Of a stretch of 64,000 nucleotides of DNA, positions 61,228-64,000 are shown piece by piece. The DNA is taken from positions 496,001 through 560,000 of the forward strand of contig CAXHJY010001477.1 in assembly GCA_964016885.1 (NCBI GenBank). The letters run 5' to 3'. The notes beneath the pieces are model-generated. The model did not search any database. It saw only the letters and a list, made by a program, of their open reading frames with translations, and had not been told where the DNA came from. The stretch comes from Eledone cirrhosa (lineage: Eukaryota). The translations under genes and the position numbers were made by a program. Position 1 is the first letter of the stretch. Every line of letters begins with the position of its first letter.

Positions 61228-62270
61228 CTTTTAGACATTGGTGACTTAGACCATGGCTTACTCTTGTTTTAGACAACAGTGACTTAAACCATCGCTAACT
61301 CTTGATATAGACATTAGTGACTTAGACCATGGCTAACTCTTGTTTTAGACATTAGTGACTTAGACCATGGCTAACTCTTGTTTTAGACAACAGTGACTTA
61401 GACCATGGCTAACTCTTGTTTTAGACAACAGTGGCTTAGACCATGGCTAACTCTTGTTTTAGACAACAGTGACTTAGACCATGGCTAACTCTTGTTTTAG
61501 ACATTAGTGACTTAGACCATGGCTAACTCTTGTTTTAGACAACAGTGACTTAGACCATGGCTAACTCTTGTTTTAGACATTAGTGACTTAGACCATGGCT
61601 AACTCTTGATATAGACATTAGTGAATTAGACTATGGCTAACTCTTGATATAGACATTAGTGACTTAGACCATGGCTAATTCTTGTTTTAGACATTAGTGA
61701 CTTAGACCATGGCTAACTCTTATTTTACACATTGGTGACTTAGACCATGGCTAACTCTTGTTTTAAACATTGGCGACTTAGACCATGGCTAACTCTTGTT
61801 TTAGACATTAGTGACTTAAACCATGGCTAACTCTTGTTTTAGACATTAGTGACTTAGACCATGGCTAACTCTTGTTTTAGACATTAGTGACTTAGACCAT
61901 GGCTAACTCTTGATATAGACATTAGTGACTTAAACCATGGCTAACTCTTGTTTTAGACATTAGTGACTTAGACTATGGCTAACTCTTGTTTTAGACATTA
62001 GTGACTTAGACCATGGCTAACTCTTGATATAGACATTAGTGACTTAAACCATGGCTAACTATATAGACATTAGTGACTTAGACTATGGCTAACTCTTGAT
62101 TTAGATATTATTGACTCAGACCATGGCTAACTCTTGTTTTAGACATTTCTGACTTAGACCAAGGCTAACTCTTGTTTTACACATTGGTGACTTAGACCAT
62201 GGCTAACTCTTGTTTTAGACATTTCTGACTTAGACCAAGGCTAACTCTTGATTTAGACAACAGTGACTTA
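61228..62270. repeat. 38-bp minisatellite, ~27 copies (TTTTAGACATTAGTGACTTAGACCATGGCTAACTCTTG)
   Basis: ccatgg recurs every 38 bp (e.g. 61327, 61365); variants acaacag/acattag and gatatag/gttttag. Confidence 0.97.
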
Positions 62271-64000
62271 ATGATGATGGTGTACTTGCCATCAATGATG
62301 CTGATAAGAAGGTAGCTTGGAAGTGTCACTACGAGAGGCTACTAAATGAGGAGAATAAATGGGAGAAAGACAGTCTCCCCCAAATCAATCCAATAGAGGG
62401 ACCAGCAGTGCAAGTTGAAGGTAGTATAATAAGTAAGGCAATCAAAGATATGAAGACTGGCAAGGCGGCTGGGCCTTCGGAAATAGTTGCTGAAATGCTG
62501 AAAGCTTCTGGAACGGTGGGACACACCATGGTCACCCGGATGGTAAACCAAGTCATACAGAATGGGGTTGTTCCGAAGGACTGGCGTAGCAGCATCATCA
62601 TTAACTACTACAAGGATCAAAGGAGATGCCCTAGATAGGGAAACTATAGAGGCATTAAATTAATTGACCAGGTCATGAAGGTCACAGAAAAAGTAATAGC
62701 GCAACTAATCAGAGAGCGAATTGATCTAGATGAAATGCAGTTCGGGTTTGTGTCAGGTAAAAGTACCACAGACGCTCTTTTCATTGTACGACAACTACAG
62801 GAGAAGTACCTAACTAAAAGTAAACTCCTATACTTAGCTTTTGTTGACTTGGAGAAAGCCTTCGACAGAGTCCCACGCCCCATCATCTGGTGGGCTCTCA
62901 GAAAACTAGGTGTTGATGAATGGCTTGTGAGAGCTATACAAGCCATGTATAAAGAAACAGTCAGCAAAGTTAGAATTAACAACGAATATAGTGAAGTGTT
63001 TAGCGTAAAAGTTGGTGTTCATCAAGGCTCCGTCCTTAGCCCCCTCCTATTTATTATTGCCCTTCAGGCTATAACAGAGGAGTTCAAGACTGGCTGCCCA
63101 TGGGAACTCCTATACGCAGATGATCTAACGCTCATAGCTGAATCAATGGCTGAACTAGAGAAGAAATTCCAAACATGAAAGCATGGCCTAGAATCAAAAG
63201 GCCTTAAAATTAACCTGTCTAAGACTAAAGTTCTAGTATGTAGGAAGGAAAATAGGGCACTGGTCCCATCTGGGAAATGGCCATGCTCAGTGTGTAGGAA
63301 AGGAGTAGGTAAAAACTCCATTTTATGTCCCAAATGCAAAGTATGGGTGCATAAAAGATGTAGTGGGATCACAGGTAAGCTAACTAAGAATATAGATTTT
63401 ATATGTGGCCGGTGCTCAGGTGCAATAAGTAGCAACAAGTGCCCACAGAATACTAGCTCATTCCATTGCACAGATGGTTCTATAGAAATAGTGGACACCT
63501 TCCGTTACTTGGGTGACAAAATCAGCAGTGGGGGAGGGTGCTCTGAAAGTACAGTAGCCAGAGTTAGAACTGGATGGAAAAAGTTCAGAGAGCTTATACC
63601 ACTATTAGCCGCTAAAGGGTTCTCTCTAAAAATGAAAGGCAGGCTGTATGATGCCTGCATACGAACAGCAATGTTGCATGGCAGTGAGACCTGGGCATTG
63701 TGTGCAGACGATATACGCAGACTGGAGAGGAACGAAGCTTGCATGCTCCGATGGATGTGTAATAGTAATATACGCGAACGGCAAAGCATAAACGAACTAA
63801 GGGAAAAATTAGAAATAAGAGGGATCAGATGTTGTTTACTCAAGAGAAGGCTACGTTGGTATGGTCACGTGGTGCGCATGAAAGATGACAGCTGTATAAA
63901 AAAGTGCAGGGCAATAAAGATAGACGGTAGCCACGGAGTAGGCAGACCCAGAAAAACCTGGGACGACTTGATAAATTCCAACCTCACACACTTACACCTC
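62271..64000 (+). mobile_element. 5'-truncated RTE LINE subfamily A copy 4, running off the window end
   Basis: ORFs 62408-62638 and 62675-63178 with YADD. Frameshift at ~62615 and TGG>TGA at 63176-63178. The PHD and C-terminal motifs follow. Confidence 0.95.

Noticed and set aside
61228-62270. 38-bp array as a possible CRISPR
   Set aside because: Head-to-tail tandem units with no unique spacers
25375-63843. Numerous 60-145 aa ORFs antisense to LINE ORFs or spanning 3' UTRs and microsatellites (e.g. MPFLTPTTFTV..., MLCRSRILLLHI...)
   Set aside because: They are shadow ORFs that recur only because the underlying repeats recur; there is no independent coding evidence
28304-64000. An intact, autonomous retrotransposon, or a prokaryotic RT system (retron, DGR, group II intron)
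   Set aside because: Every RT-bearing copy has frameshifts, nonsense codons or deletions. The APE+RT architecture with simple-repeat tails is that of eukaryotic non-LTR elements.

Overview
This is AT-rich eukaryotic (animal) genomic DNA, not prokaryotic. The repeat landscape of RTE and CR1 LINEs, tRNA-derived SINEs and (TA)n/(CAT)n microsatellites suggests a cephalopod such as Octopus, but that is an inference. Positions 1-24,162 are one large compound satellite: a constant 20-bp core plus a variable (TA)n(CA)m spacer, with nested higher-order duplications. All ORFs called there are repeat artefacts. Six GT-AG exons on the minus strand (52110-52027, 49484-49308, 48115-48035, 45574-45361, 44099-43993, 40375-40289) splice in frame into 250 aa of a PDZD8 orthologue (SMP domain, C2-like region, start of PDZ). 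The gene runs off both ends, so the rest of the window is probably intronic. The introns hold five large decayed RTE-clade LINEs with a PHD-type zinc finger inside the RT domain, a near full-length CR1-like LINE with a PHD/polyQ ORF1, and a ~2.3-kb inverted copy of a CR1/RTE junction. They also hold many LINE 3' fragments, several SINEs, and 92-bp, 58-bp and 38-bp minisatellites. I found no intact mobile-element ORF, CRISPR array or bona fide RNA gene. No new biological system can be demonstrated from sequence alone. The best leads are the PHD-in-RT retrotransposon with its (TA)n targeting, the giant intronic satellite, and the dsRNA/splicing architecture around the PDZD8 exons.
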